Source: Chiloscyllium plagiosum (taxonomy: Eukaryota). From it: a DNA stretch of 20,000 nt. The notes under the pieces are model-generated. The model searched no databases. It was not told the DNA's origin and worked only from the letters and a program-made list of their open reading frames with translations. The DNA lies in NCBI RefSeq assembly GCF_004010195.1, contig NC_057752.1, positions 7,011,196 through 7,031,195 of the forward strand, written 5' to 3'. Both the position numbers and the translations under genes were made by a program. Below, piece by piece: positions 1-9,800 of the stretch. Positions within the stretch are counted from its first letter, which is position 1. The number at the start of each line of letters is the position of its first letter.

Positions 1-2576
1 AACCCCAGTGAGCTTACAACATCAGCACCCCACAAAAAAATTGATACATTAAAAGTAGAGATGTAGTCCCTCATGTTTCCTCAAATGAAATGCAAATTGC
101 TATTAGTGTATGACAATTCATCATAGCACAAGGTCTTTAATATAGGAGTTACATTAAATACATTGGTGAATCAGAATGAATTCCATTACCATGAATTAGT
201 TGCAACATAAGCTTTAATAAAGCCTGGCTTAATTACAAAATATAATGACATTTTAGAAGAGACTGTTGCATCTATTCACAAGCAGTTTCTTGGCACCAAA
301 ATTTAACTTTACAGATCCTGCAGAGAACAATTGAAAAAAATAGGTTGCCCACAATCACATCCTGTTCACTTCCAATTGAAGACAAATATTGCATTACATG
401 TACCAAGTAATTCACAACTGTACATACCCAAATATTTCACCCAGCTTCAACTCAGACAAGCTATTCAGCCACAGGAACTAGATCTGTGCTAAAGCAATGT
501 ACAGAGGGAAAATTTGGCAATCAGGCATTTAGTTTACAATTTAAAGTTTTGGAAAGAACAATCTTGCAATAACTATACACATTGTAGGCTCAAACATGAA
601 CTTGAGATGTCATATTTGTACCTGGAAATCAACTGCCATGGGAAGACCCAATTCTGTGTCAAGAGGTCAGATGTGACAAATTCAGTGCATGATTTATACA
701 TAATGTGGATGACAAGGCACCAGACTACATGAAATGCAAAAAACAGTAACAGTAAAGTGCATTGAAAAGAGAATTCCTATGCAAAGCCCATTCATACTCT
801 ACAGTGGCAGATCTAAAAAGTGCACTAAAAATTAAGATGCATTCTATTTGCCAGTAGTCAAAGAAACACCCAGTCTCATGACAAAAACTGAAAAAATCTA
901 TTATGGACCAATCTGACAGGCTGATATGGTATCATTGTTATGAACTGCTTAAAATCAGATTTCAATTGTTTAGAAGATAGAGATTTAAATCCAGAAGATA
1001 GAGCACATTTAAAAATTGCTCAGGTGAATCAGACAATGAAGCAGCATCTTTCAACCTGCCCCTGTCCTAAAAACAGCATTGAGGTCAATGACCTAAGTAG
1101 GCAGTCACTTGCAGTACAAGAAATTCTTTGTCATCTAGATTCAGGAGATCATGACTACTGTCATAGCCTGTTAATTCATTGAGGGGACCTTGCACAAACC
1201 AGAAGAAAATAAATTGATGTCCAAGGCTGAATATCTTGAGGAAACAAGTGTTTAACTGGGGGAGAAAAAAAGTGACAAAGTAAACTTCAAGGTTTTTTTT
1301 AAAAAAACTTCAGAAGCTGGTGCATTCTACTAGAGAATCAACCTTATGTTCAAGTTTTGCAGTCAAAAGCGGAATGCAATATTGGAAGGCGGCTCACAGT
1401 CATGTCAGTTTAAGTTTTATCCACAAACCCACCCTCTCCAAAAAGAGAAAGTAACAACCCACTTCCAAATGAAGCTGGACGAAATAGTAGAGCATCTAAC
1501 TCATGGTAGAAACTGGCAATACAGATGTCAACTTGCACCAGAAAACAAAGTGGGGAAGTTAAAAGTGCTCAGCAAGTATTATATATATATATCCTATTGC
1601 AGGAACCTGAACAAATTGGGAGCAAGGAGTTTTGGCCAAGTTATTCAGGATGTGTAGTGGTTAGTTTTCAAAACCTTGCTCAATCTTGCCAATATTCATA
1701 GCTAGCTTATTTATTGCACTCAACTTTAGATCACCCAGGAGCAAAAAGTATACAGTACTACTGCAGCCCATGTCAACAGGACTATTATGAAACTGCATTC
1801 CTCACTAGATTGTTTAACTTTACTGTACCATTATCCCCAAGCCTGCATGTGCTATTTGATTCCCAATTTCAAAAAAGTGGGCATTGCCATGAGATCTATA
1901 CAATTTATAAAAAAGTTAAACCCAATAGTTGTACAAACTAAAAAGCCAACTTGGCTATTTAAAACAGCACCCACTGCTTAAAACATGGTAAATTTCAAAG
2001 TGTACTGCCTAGAGTTCAGAGTCCTATCACAGCTATTTACCAGTGTAGGTTTAGTTACTATCTTAGCTGTTAGATTGCTTACCCTAGGGTGGGCACAACT
2101 GTTTAGTGCAGGATCTTTGATTTGTAGTTTTAATCCTAGAGGCCCAATTCCTACATACTAAGTGACAAAGGCTTCCCTGCCAAGGTTAAACAATGCAAAC
2201 ACTGACATGCAGTTTCAACATAAGGGCAAACATTGACAATTAGAGGATACAGTTTGCAAATCAGCACAAGCTGCAAAGTTAGAACAATCTGAATAGAGTT
2301 CCAAATTATCTACAAGTCTTGTTTAAAAAAGCTTTGAATAACTGGTATTCTATGAAACAGAGTGCATTCATATAGCAATAACATTAAAAAAAGGAAGGTG
2401 ATTAAGTTGATTTTACATCTCTAGTAAAAATAAAGATGGTGTTAAGTCAAATCCCACATCCATTCTGCAGGTACTTTTACTGAAGCATTGCAAGAGGCAT
2501 GGATGTAGAGATTTCATTTCAACTTGTTATTGAATGTGCAGTTGTCAACTTGGAGCAAGCTCCCTTCATGGTTTGC
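1..2576 (-). other. RAB5B: RAB5B 3' UTR / downstream region (3' end uncertain)
   Basis: Follows the stop codon; no recognisable repeats over ~2.5 kb; minus-strand AATAAA at 1715..1710 and ATTAAA variants near 213-218 and 136-141; several miRNA seed matches. Confidence 0.6.
1710..1715 (-). terminator. Candidate proximal polyadenylation signal AATAAA
   Basis: TTTATT on + strand, ~860 nt downstream of the RAB5B stop. Confidence 0.45.
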
Positions 2577-2692
2577 TTAGTTGCTACAACACTGGCTCTT
2601 GTTCTGCTGAGACTGTTCATGGAGATCCACACCTCTGTTACGGCCGGTGGTTCCACTGGCATTCTGAAGTTCGGTCTTTGGCAGCTTCTTGG
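2577..2692 (-). CDS. RAB5B: RAB5B last coding exon ([38 protein letters not shown])
   Basis: Acceptor TCTTCCAG|CC at 2693/2692; TAA stop at 2579..2577; C-terminal CCSN geranylgeranylation motif. Confidence 0.96.
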
Positions 2693-5600
2693 CTGGAAGA
2701 TAAAGATATGTGTAATGGTGCTCCTTGTGACATAGGCTGATAAACAACCTTTGAAAAAAGCAGCTTAAAAATCAATTTGAAACCATTTCCAAGATCCAAT
2801 TTAAAAAAGGGAATATTCAGCTGGAACTGGAGAATTTAAGTTAGAAAGCCAGACATCTCAGTCCCATGTATCAAGTGACTACCACTTTCTATAGAGTGTT
2901 GTTAGAAGAGTTTGCTTGTGGAAATTAGGGGTTCAAAATTAGTTGGTTGAACTGCAGAACAGTCTAAACCTAGACATTTAAACTTTCCACAGGAGTTAAG
3001 CATGTATAAATGGCAATCACAGGCAAAAGTCAAGTGACTCAAACTGGACTGCCAAAACAATCTTTGAAGCCAGCAACTCATTTGCGCAATGGCAATTCTC
3101 ACCTTGAAGCAGAGACTGGAGGTGTGGAGTTGTAGGATACATTTAGAAATATTTAAAAACAACCTCTGTTCTGCCTGAAACTTAACTGCTAGCAGCCTGG
3201 GTGGATTAAAACCCAAAAATGCTTGCATTTACATAGCGCCTCATCACATCTGTAGGGCATTGCCAAGCACTTTGCAACCAAGTAATTTTGTAGTGCACTT
3301 ATGCAGCCAAATGCAGCAGCTAATTTGCGCTTGAGGTACCACAAACAGCAAGTAGAAAGACTGACCAGTTGATGTTGGTAGGGGTGTCAATTACACACCA
3401 ACGATCCCCATTTTTGAATGCCACAAGATATGTACACTTTGGCTCACAAACCATCTGAAAAGACTATGTAGCAGTACTTGATACTATATAGATGTAAACA
3501 GCACAAGTTGTACAAGAGGTCCAGATAAAAAAAGGTTAATGAAACCATTAAAAAAGAATGCTGCCAGATTGTGCCAAGCTATTTGTAACTTGAAGGACCA
3601 TATGAATTAAAGTGATGCAACTCATCCTGCCTATTTCAAGTGCTATGGGATATGGCATTCTACAAGTTCTAACTTTACTAAGGGCTTTACACAGTTTTGG
3701 ATACAAGCTATCCCTCACTTAAAATGGACTTTTTCCACACTAATTGGAACTACAAAATACTAAAGCTACACCAGTTTAAGTCTAGGAAAGACAAACCAGA
3801 AAGTGTGCACCAACTAAAGTCACCATACCTGGAAAAAGGAGTAGACATTTCAAGTTGCCAATGCATACAGAAGTTAGTCTACACAAACACCACATGCTTA
3901 TTTTAGGCAGCTAAAGTAAATAGGATTGCTCTTTTATAAGATGGTGGGGATTGTTCTCCCTCAACTACTCAATTTCAGCAATTCTTTAAAAAAAAATCAC
4001 TAACATCTTATGTATTAAAAAAGTTCAAAGAATCAAGTTATCCCTCTCGATTGTTTCCCAGTTACCTGGATTATCTGCTGGAGGACTTATATTCCTGATA
4101 GTGTGGAAACAGGTCATTTGGCCCAACAAGTCCACATTCCTCCCAAGAGCAACCCACCCAGATCCATTTCCCTCTGACTAAATGCACCTAACACATTGTG
4201 GGCAATTTATCATTCCCAATTCACCTGACCTGCACATCTTTGCACTGTGGGAGGAGGAAATTAGTACCTGGAGGAAACCCATGCAGACATGGAGAACATC
4301 TGGAGTTTGCAGTTGGAGATTAGAATCAAACCAGGTCTCTGGTGCTATGAGGCAACAGTGCTAACCACTGAGCCATGTGCCACCCTACTTCTTCCTACTC
4401 AAAGTTCACTTCAGCACAATTCAGATGTTACAAGTCTTACCTATTGCCAAAAATAGGTCATTAACATTCATTGCTGTTTTGGCAGATGTCTCCATGAACA
4501 ACAAACTATTATCATCTGCATATCCTTGTGCTTCCTGTTGAAAAAGCAAAAATGGTGGCGGTGATGTTTGCTGTGACCTTATAGACCTACAAAGAATATT
4601 TTCTCACTAATAAAAACCCACCTCATATTCCACCATCCTTTTATTAGCCAGATCAGCTTTGTTTCCTGACAGGGCTATAACTATATTGGGACTTGCTTGT
4701 CGCTGCAACTCTTTTACCCATGTCTTTGCTCTTGCAAAGGTCTCCTGAAACAAGATACATGTTTGATGCAAACAATTTAAACAGGTTAGATTCATTTCTG
4801 CATTCCAAGTTGTATTATAAGCAAGTCTAGGAAAGGGGTAGGCAAAGAATAAATTGTTGGTTACTTTTATTAAAATTCATTATGCTTAAAATGTTCAATA
4901 TTACCATATGAAAAGTTACTCTACAGACTTGCAAAAACAGTAAAATTTGAAGTATGACCAAAGTACTCCACTGCAATTTTTCATCCAATGAAAGGAAACA
5001 AGCCAAAACTACAGTTGCTGGCTCCCTCCAGAGAGCAGCTTATTCCTCCTTTAAGAGAAGAAGTGTTTGAGCAAAGGTCTGATGCTTTCATTCTTAAAGT
5101 ACACTACATTAAGTGTCTCTAAAAGCAGACCAGAGGGACATGACAGTTTAAAGCTAATTTAAAAATTTGTTCTAGTCAAAGATGAATATACACAAAATAA
5201 AAGCACCAATTCTGAAATTACTCCAGTTTGGAAGCAGTTAAAAATTTATGAAACTCTCCACAAACTGCAGTCAACTTGTGCTTCAGCTCCAGGTAGAGAT
5301 CAACTCTGGATTGGTCATTAGGTCTTGAAGATGTGAACTTGCAATTAAAAAAAGTTCAGTTCATATGGGTTGAAGTATTTTTAATTGCATAAATTTAGCA
5401 GCTTTCAGGAATGTGCTGTTTTACTAGTTATGTGCATTGTAAGACAGAAAGCAGAAGCCCCAAGGTATCCTTGGGTCTTCTCCAATGCAAGAGAGAGTGC
5501 ACTAAAGGAACATTGGCTTGAATTGAAACTCAAAATTAATTTCTATAACAAAAATGAAAGGTGAAATGTTCCAATAACAGTGATTAGAGAATTACTTTGA

Positions 5601-8258
5601 TGAAAAATTCCCTAGCCTAGTTTCAGCTCAAGCTGGAGAAGAGATAGGACTAGCTCCAAAAAAAAAGGTGTCAAAAAAGGTATCCCATGAACAAGGACAA
5701 TAACTAAATCACATTTCATCAGTAGCTCAAACCTGATTGGTGATGTCATAAACCACAATGGCAGCTTGAGCACCTCTGTAGTACATGGGAGCTAAACTGT
5801 GATACCGCTCCTGTCCAGCAGTGTCCCAGATCTCAAACTTTACTGTTGTATCATCCAAGCAGACGGATTGTGTCAGAAATGCAGCTATTTAAAAAAAAAC
5901 AACAGTGTCAGGGCATTGCATTCAAAAATAAAAACTAAGTATTGAGGCTTTCAAGCAAAGGTTAAGACAGCAGACAGGCAGGCATAATTGAAATTTAAAA
6001 GAGGTTACTTTAAAAACAGTTGAGGAAACAAAAAAATTTTGGTAAGAAACGTCAGAGTTAAATAGATATTTTGCACCAGTCTTTATGGTGGCAGATTGTG
6101 AATGTTGATTACTGAAGAATAAGGGAGTAGGAATGAGGTGTACTATAGTATTAGACAAACTAATGGGACTAAAAAGGCAGACAAGTCACTTTGCTCTGAT
6201 TGCAGGATCTGCAGATCCTGCAGAGGTAGCACCAAAATAGTGAATGCATTAGTTCTAATTTTTGAAAAATTAGAATTCTAGGGAAGTGCCAGATTTTTGG
6301 AAAACTGCTAATGTGATACCCCTGTTCAGAGGGGAGGGTGGAAGCAAAAAGTAGGTAACTACAAGCTGATTAGCTTTGTTAAGTACAGAATTAAATTAAA
6401 AGGAAGCAATAGATTTAGAAGATCAGTGTAAATCAAGCAGTTAACATGGCTCCATAAAAATGGGAAATAGTGTCTGACTAATTTCTTGGAGTGGAGGAAG
6501 ACTCACTGCATAAAAGGGAACCAATAGATGTGCTGTATTGGACTTGAGGTGCTTGATAAAGGCACCTCAAAATGAGTCATAAGAGCCCACTATTGGGGGG
6601 GGGGGGGGGTGTCATATATTGACATGTATAGAGAATTGGCTCATGGGAAAAGTGGGGTAAAGGGTTCTTTTTCAGGTTGGCAAAGAATGATTATGGGTTT
6701 CACAGGGATCAATGCTGGATAGCAACTGTTTGCAATATTTAAATACTGAGACAAGTTTAGTGGAAAGGAGGTGGAGGGGTGAAAATTCAAAAAAGCAGAA
6801 GGATATCAATGGGTTAAGTGGGCAAAAAAGTTGTCAGGAGTGGGTGGGAAAGTGTGAAGTTCTTCACTTTGAAGAATAGGTTACTGGAAGTTGCAAAGGT
6901 ATTTGAGGATACTGGTGCACAAAACCAGCATAGGCGATCAGGAACACTGGCCCCTAGTTCTAGGGGGGTTGGAGTATGAAGTGCTAGTGAGACCGCATCT
7001 GAAGTACTGTCAGCAGTTTTGATCATTTCATTGGAGGCAGTTCAAAGTTCACTATGATCCCTGGTATGGAGGGATCATCTTAAAGGCTAAAAACAGGCTG
7101 GGACTACTTATTGGAGCTGAGAATTGAGTTTCTCATACTAAAACAGGATTCTTAAGAGCCTTGTCAAGGTAAGTGCTGAGAGGTTATTCCTCTTCATGGG
7201 AAAGTCTAGAGCTGGACAGCAGTCTCAGAACAAAGGGGTGTCAATTTAAGACGAGGAGGAGGAATTTGAGGACTGACTCTTTGGAACTCCTAGCCAGACA
7301 GCTGTGGGGTGAAAAGTCCTTTGTGGCTTGAATGTGTGATTAGGTAGGGATAGGGGAATAAAGAGTTTTGTTACGGGGGAAAAAAGTTAGGAAAGTAGAA
7401 TGAAGAATGCCACATCAGCCATGATCCTATTGAATGGTAGAGCAGAATCAAGGGGCTGAACAGTCTACTCCTGTTCTCCCTCCCCCAGAAGCAGAGCATA
7501 GACTGATTAAGTCACACACTTCTACACAGAAGCATCCCCAACCAAAGATTAGATTAGATTAGTTACAGTGTGGAAACAGGCCCTTCGGCCCAACAAGTCC
7601 ACACCGCCCCGCCGAAGCGCAACCCACCCATACATTTACCCCTTACCTAACACTACGGGCAATTTGGCAGGGCCAATTCACCTGACCTGCACATCTTTGG
7701 ACTGTGGGAGGAAACCGGAGCACCCGGAGGAAACCCACGCAGACACGGGGAGAATGTGCAAACTCCACACAGTCAGTCAGTCGCCTGAGTCGGGAATTGA
7801 ACCCGGATCTCTGGCGCTGTGAGGCAGCAGTGCTAACCACTGTGTCGCCCAAAGCTGGAGACGTAGACGAGTTAAATTTGTTTTGTTGGTATTGGAGAAT
7901 TGAAAAGTGTTGAATGACTCACACTGCCAGTGATTGAAACAGGATTATGCCAAGATGTGGCCAGGATGGAGAAAACTCCAGCAGATTGTCAGAACCACAG
8001 TTTGGTTTGTTGAGATTAACAGAGGTCAAAGAAATTCTGCTACAGCATGATGCTTCTCAGGGGCATCATCCATTGGTACATTAAAAAGTACTTACCACCA
8101 ATTGTGCTTTCCTGGTATTCATGGAATTGTCCTTTAACAAAGCGTAGCACAAGACTGGATTTGCCCACAGCTGACTCCCCTAGTAATACAAGCTTAAATT
8201 GGCAGATTTTGCTGGTTTGGGACTGACCATTTGGCCTGGATACTCCCCTGCTGGCCAT
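2577..8258 (-). CDS. RAB5B: Ras-related protein Rab-5B, spliced CDS join(8258..8096,5884..5733,4744..4622,4534..4441,2692..2577), 215 aa
   Basis: Manual splicing gives [34 protein letters not shown]...WDTAGQE...GNKAD...ETSAK...[14 protein letters not shown]. Exon lengths 163+152+123+94+116 = 648 nt; all G-boxes and the CCSN prenylation motif are present. Residues [35 protein letters not shown] and [10 protein letters not shown] match the RAB5B paralogue rather than RAB5A/C. Confidence 0.96.
3222..3480 (-). mobile_element. Degraded Deu-domain SINE (SacSINE1/AmnSINE-like) remnant
   Basis: TTGCATTTACATAGCGCC...GCAGCTAATTTGCGC...CCACAAACAGCAA resembles, from memory, the L2-derived tail and Deu core of this family. 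Confidence 0.6.
4091..4385 (-). mobile_element. HE1-type tRNA-derived SINE (older copy)
   Basis: Colinear with the copy at 7548-7848: tRNA-like head (GTGGTTAGCACTG...GGTTTGATTC on minus) and HER1/CR1-type tail (GGACTTGTTGGGCC...CCTGTTTCCACACT). Confidence 0.85.
4441..4534 (-). CDS. RAB5B: RAB5B coding exon 4 ([31 protein letters not shown])
   Basis: 94 nt; acceptor TTTTCAACAG|GAA after an 87-nt intron; donor G|GTAAGA; G5 box ETSAK. Confidence 0.96.
4622..4744 (-). CDS. RAB5B: RAB5B coding exon 3 ([41 protein letters not shown])
   Basis: 123 nt, phase 0-0; acceptor TTTCAG|GAG; donor GAG|GTGGGT; G4 box NKAD; lies inside ORF 4607..4795(-). Confidence 0.96.
5733..5884 (-). CDS. RAB5B: RAB5B coding exon 2 ([51 protein letters not shown])
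   Basis: 152 nt; acceptor TTTTTAAATAG|CT; donor CAG|GTTTGA; contains the G3 box DTAGQE. Not reported by the ORF track. Confidence 0.96.
6140..7478 (+). mobile_element. Heavily eroded CR1 LINE (RT region through 3' tail)
   Basis: Residual CR1 RT sequence (GACAAACTAATGGGACTAAA, TGGAAAACTGCTAATGTGA, TGTCTGACTAATTT) and a CR1 3' tail AGCCATGATCCTATTGAATGG...GGGGCTGAA...CTACTCCTG; no intact ORF. Confidence 0.8.
6595..6609 (+). repeat. Poly-G tract (G15)
   Basis: Direct reading; lies within the CR1 remnant. Confidence 0.9.
7548..7848 (-). mobile_element. Young HE1-type tRNA-derived SINE with (AATCT)n tail
   Basis: Minus strand: A-box-like GTGGTTAGCACTG, B box GGTTCAATTCC, HER1-type tail and AATCT repeats; many CpGs retained; flanking direct repeat CCAAAG at 7542-7547 and 7849-7854. 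Confidence 0.92.
8096..8258 (-). CDS. RAB5B: RAB5B first coding exon (whole exon 8096..8355, including 97 nt of 5' UTR)
   Basis: ATG at 8258 in strong Kozak context ACCATGG; encodes the P-loop GESAVGKS; donor G|GTAAGT at 8095; upstream acceptor with T-rich tract and TAG|G at 8356/8355. Confidence 0.96.
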
Positions 8259-8649
8259 GGTCCTCAATAGTTGTAATAGAATCCTATTTAGGAGAGACAA
8301 GTTTGCCCACCAACTCAAGGGTAGGCACAACTTCCACTGCTTTGAATTATGCAACCTAAAAAAGTGAAAAAAATTGCTTTAAGTTTCACTTTATTTCTAG
8401 TGATTGCTCAAGTAGAAACAATTCAGTAGAAAACCAAACCACATGGAACAATTCATTTTGTATATTAAGTGAAATAACATAACCCAAGATACTTAAACCA
8501 AAAAAAAGTTGGGGAGTAATACAAGGCCTTTAAAACAAAAGTGTTTCTGGATGTCTGAAGGCAAATCGCTAAGAGAAAAAAAAGCACACGAAGATTAACA
8601 TTCCAGGGATAGGAATTACAGAATGTTTTTAGAAAAGTGAAAAAAGTTA

Positions 8650-8944
8650 ATGAGGAGTCACTGGCCAGATCAGCTTTTTTTGCCCATCCTAGACAGCAGT
8701 TAAGAATCAACCATACTGCTATGGTCTGGAATCATGTATAGGCCACGCAAAGATGGTAGTTTCTTTCCCTAAAGGAAAATCAGGGAAAAACCCATCCAGT
8801 TCCCTAATCAACAGTGGACAAATGGTCATTATTAAACCATTAATTCCAGTTTTAATTTAACTCAAATTCCACCATCTGCCATTGCCTGGGTCTCTGAGCT
8901 AATAGTCCAACAATAATATTGCTGGGGAGGTGCTGGCCTGGCAA
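8650..8944 (-). mobile_element. Degraded tRNA-derived shark SINE (second family)
   Basis: CACTGGCCAG...GCCCATCC...CAGTTAAGAATCAACCA...TTCCCTAAAGGA...CAAATTCCACCATCTGCC...CCTGGGTCTCTG matches a common elasmobranch SINE as recalled. Confidence 0.7.
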
Positions 8945-9693
8945 AAATAGCTGTTGCCAAGATTAACATGACAATTACATTCAGCTATGCTTAAATCTTG
9001 GAAGATTTTTAAAAAGTTGTGCTAAGCTCGTGAAGTCAGGGCCCATACCAAATCAGACCAAGTTGGAAAGATTTATTTTCACAAGCAAATGCATGTGAAA
9101 ACATTCTGTCAAAGGAAACTAAAATACAACAAAAATGTGTTAGTTGCTCACACCAAGTCACTGGGGAAAAAATGCATGATAGCACAACTATTTGAAGTGG
9201 AGGTGACATTTATAGGAAGGAATGTTACTATTTGACAAGTTAATTTTAATATCACAATATCTCCTTGGAAATCATCATTTCCCTCCTGGTGGCTTTAAAT
9301 CTTAAATTTTCAGTCAGTGTTTATTTCACTGACTGCTCAATAGGACTACTGAATTTTTTTTAAAACTGCATCACTCTCCAAAGCCACATGGTTAACTAGA
9401 AGTGCAGTGACTATGAAGGAGCATCAATAGACATTTGACCAAAACAAATTAAAGTAGGCAGAAAAGGTAGATGACAAATATGTGGAACAACAATGCAAGG
9501 AACTGATTGTGAAAAATGTCAAAGCTTAGTCAGGAGTTGTCCTAGAATGCTAGTTTAAAGGTAAACCATTATACAGAGTAAGAGGTGGCCAGATTAGTTG
9601 GCAAGTTGACTGATGGGTAAAGAGGTTGCAATGAAGAGTGTGCTCATAAATGCTGATTGACAGGTAGAGCAAAGTAAAAACTCAACTTTGGAC

Positions 9694-9800
9694 ATTTTCT
9701 AAACAACTTGCTCAGATGTTTTACATGCCTCTGGAGCAGGTGGAACTTGAACCTGGGCCTCCTGACTCAGATAGGGATACTACCCCTGCACCACAAAAGC
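9694..9800 (-). mobile_element. Short tRNA-derived SINE (third family)
   Basis: Minus strand reads TTGTGGTGCAGGGGTAGTATCCC...GGCCCAGGTTCAAGTTCCACCTGCTCCAGAGG: A/B-box-like head without a closable acceptor stem. Confidence 0.7.

Noticed and set aside
514..1981. Short plus-strand ORFs (64-103 aa) as genes
   Set aside because: No recognisable domains or splice structure, several begin at non-ATG codons, and they lie antisense to the RAB5B 3' region.
2499..2740. Plus-strand hydrophobic ORFs 2499..2735 and 2534..2740
   Set aside because: Antisense shadows of the last RAB5B coding exon.
9265..9285. Intronic C/D snoRNA (minus-strand ATGATGA box C)
   Set aside because: No matching CTGA box D or terminal stem at a suitable distance.
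9725..9797. tRNA gene
   Set aside because: A/B-box-like motifs are present, but I could not build an acceptor stem or anticodon arm, and the sequence continues into a SINE body.
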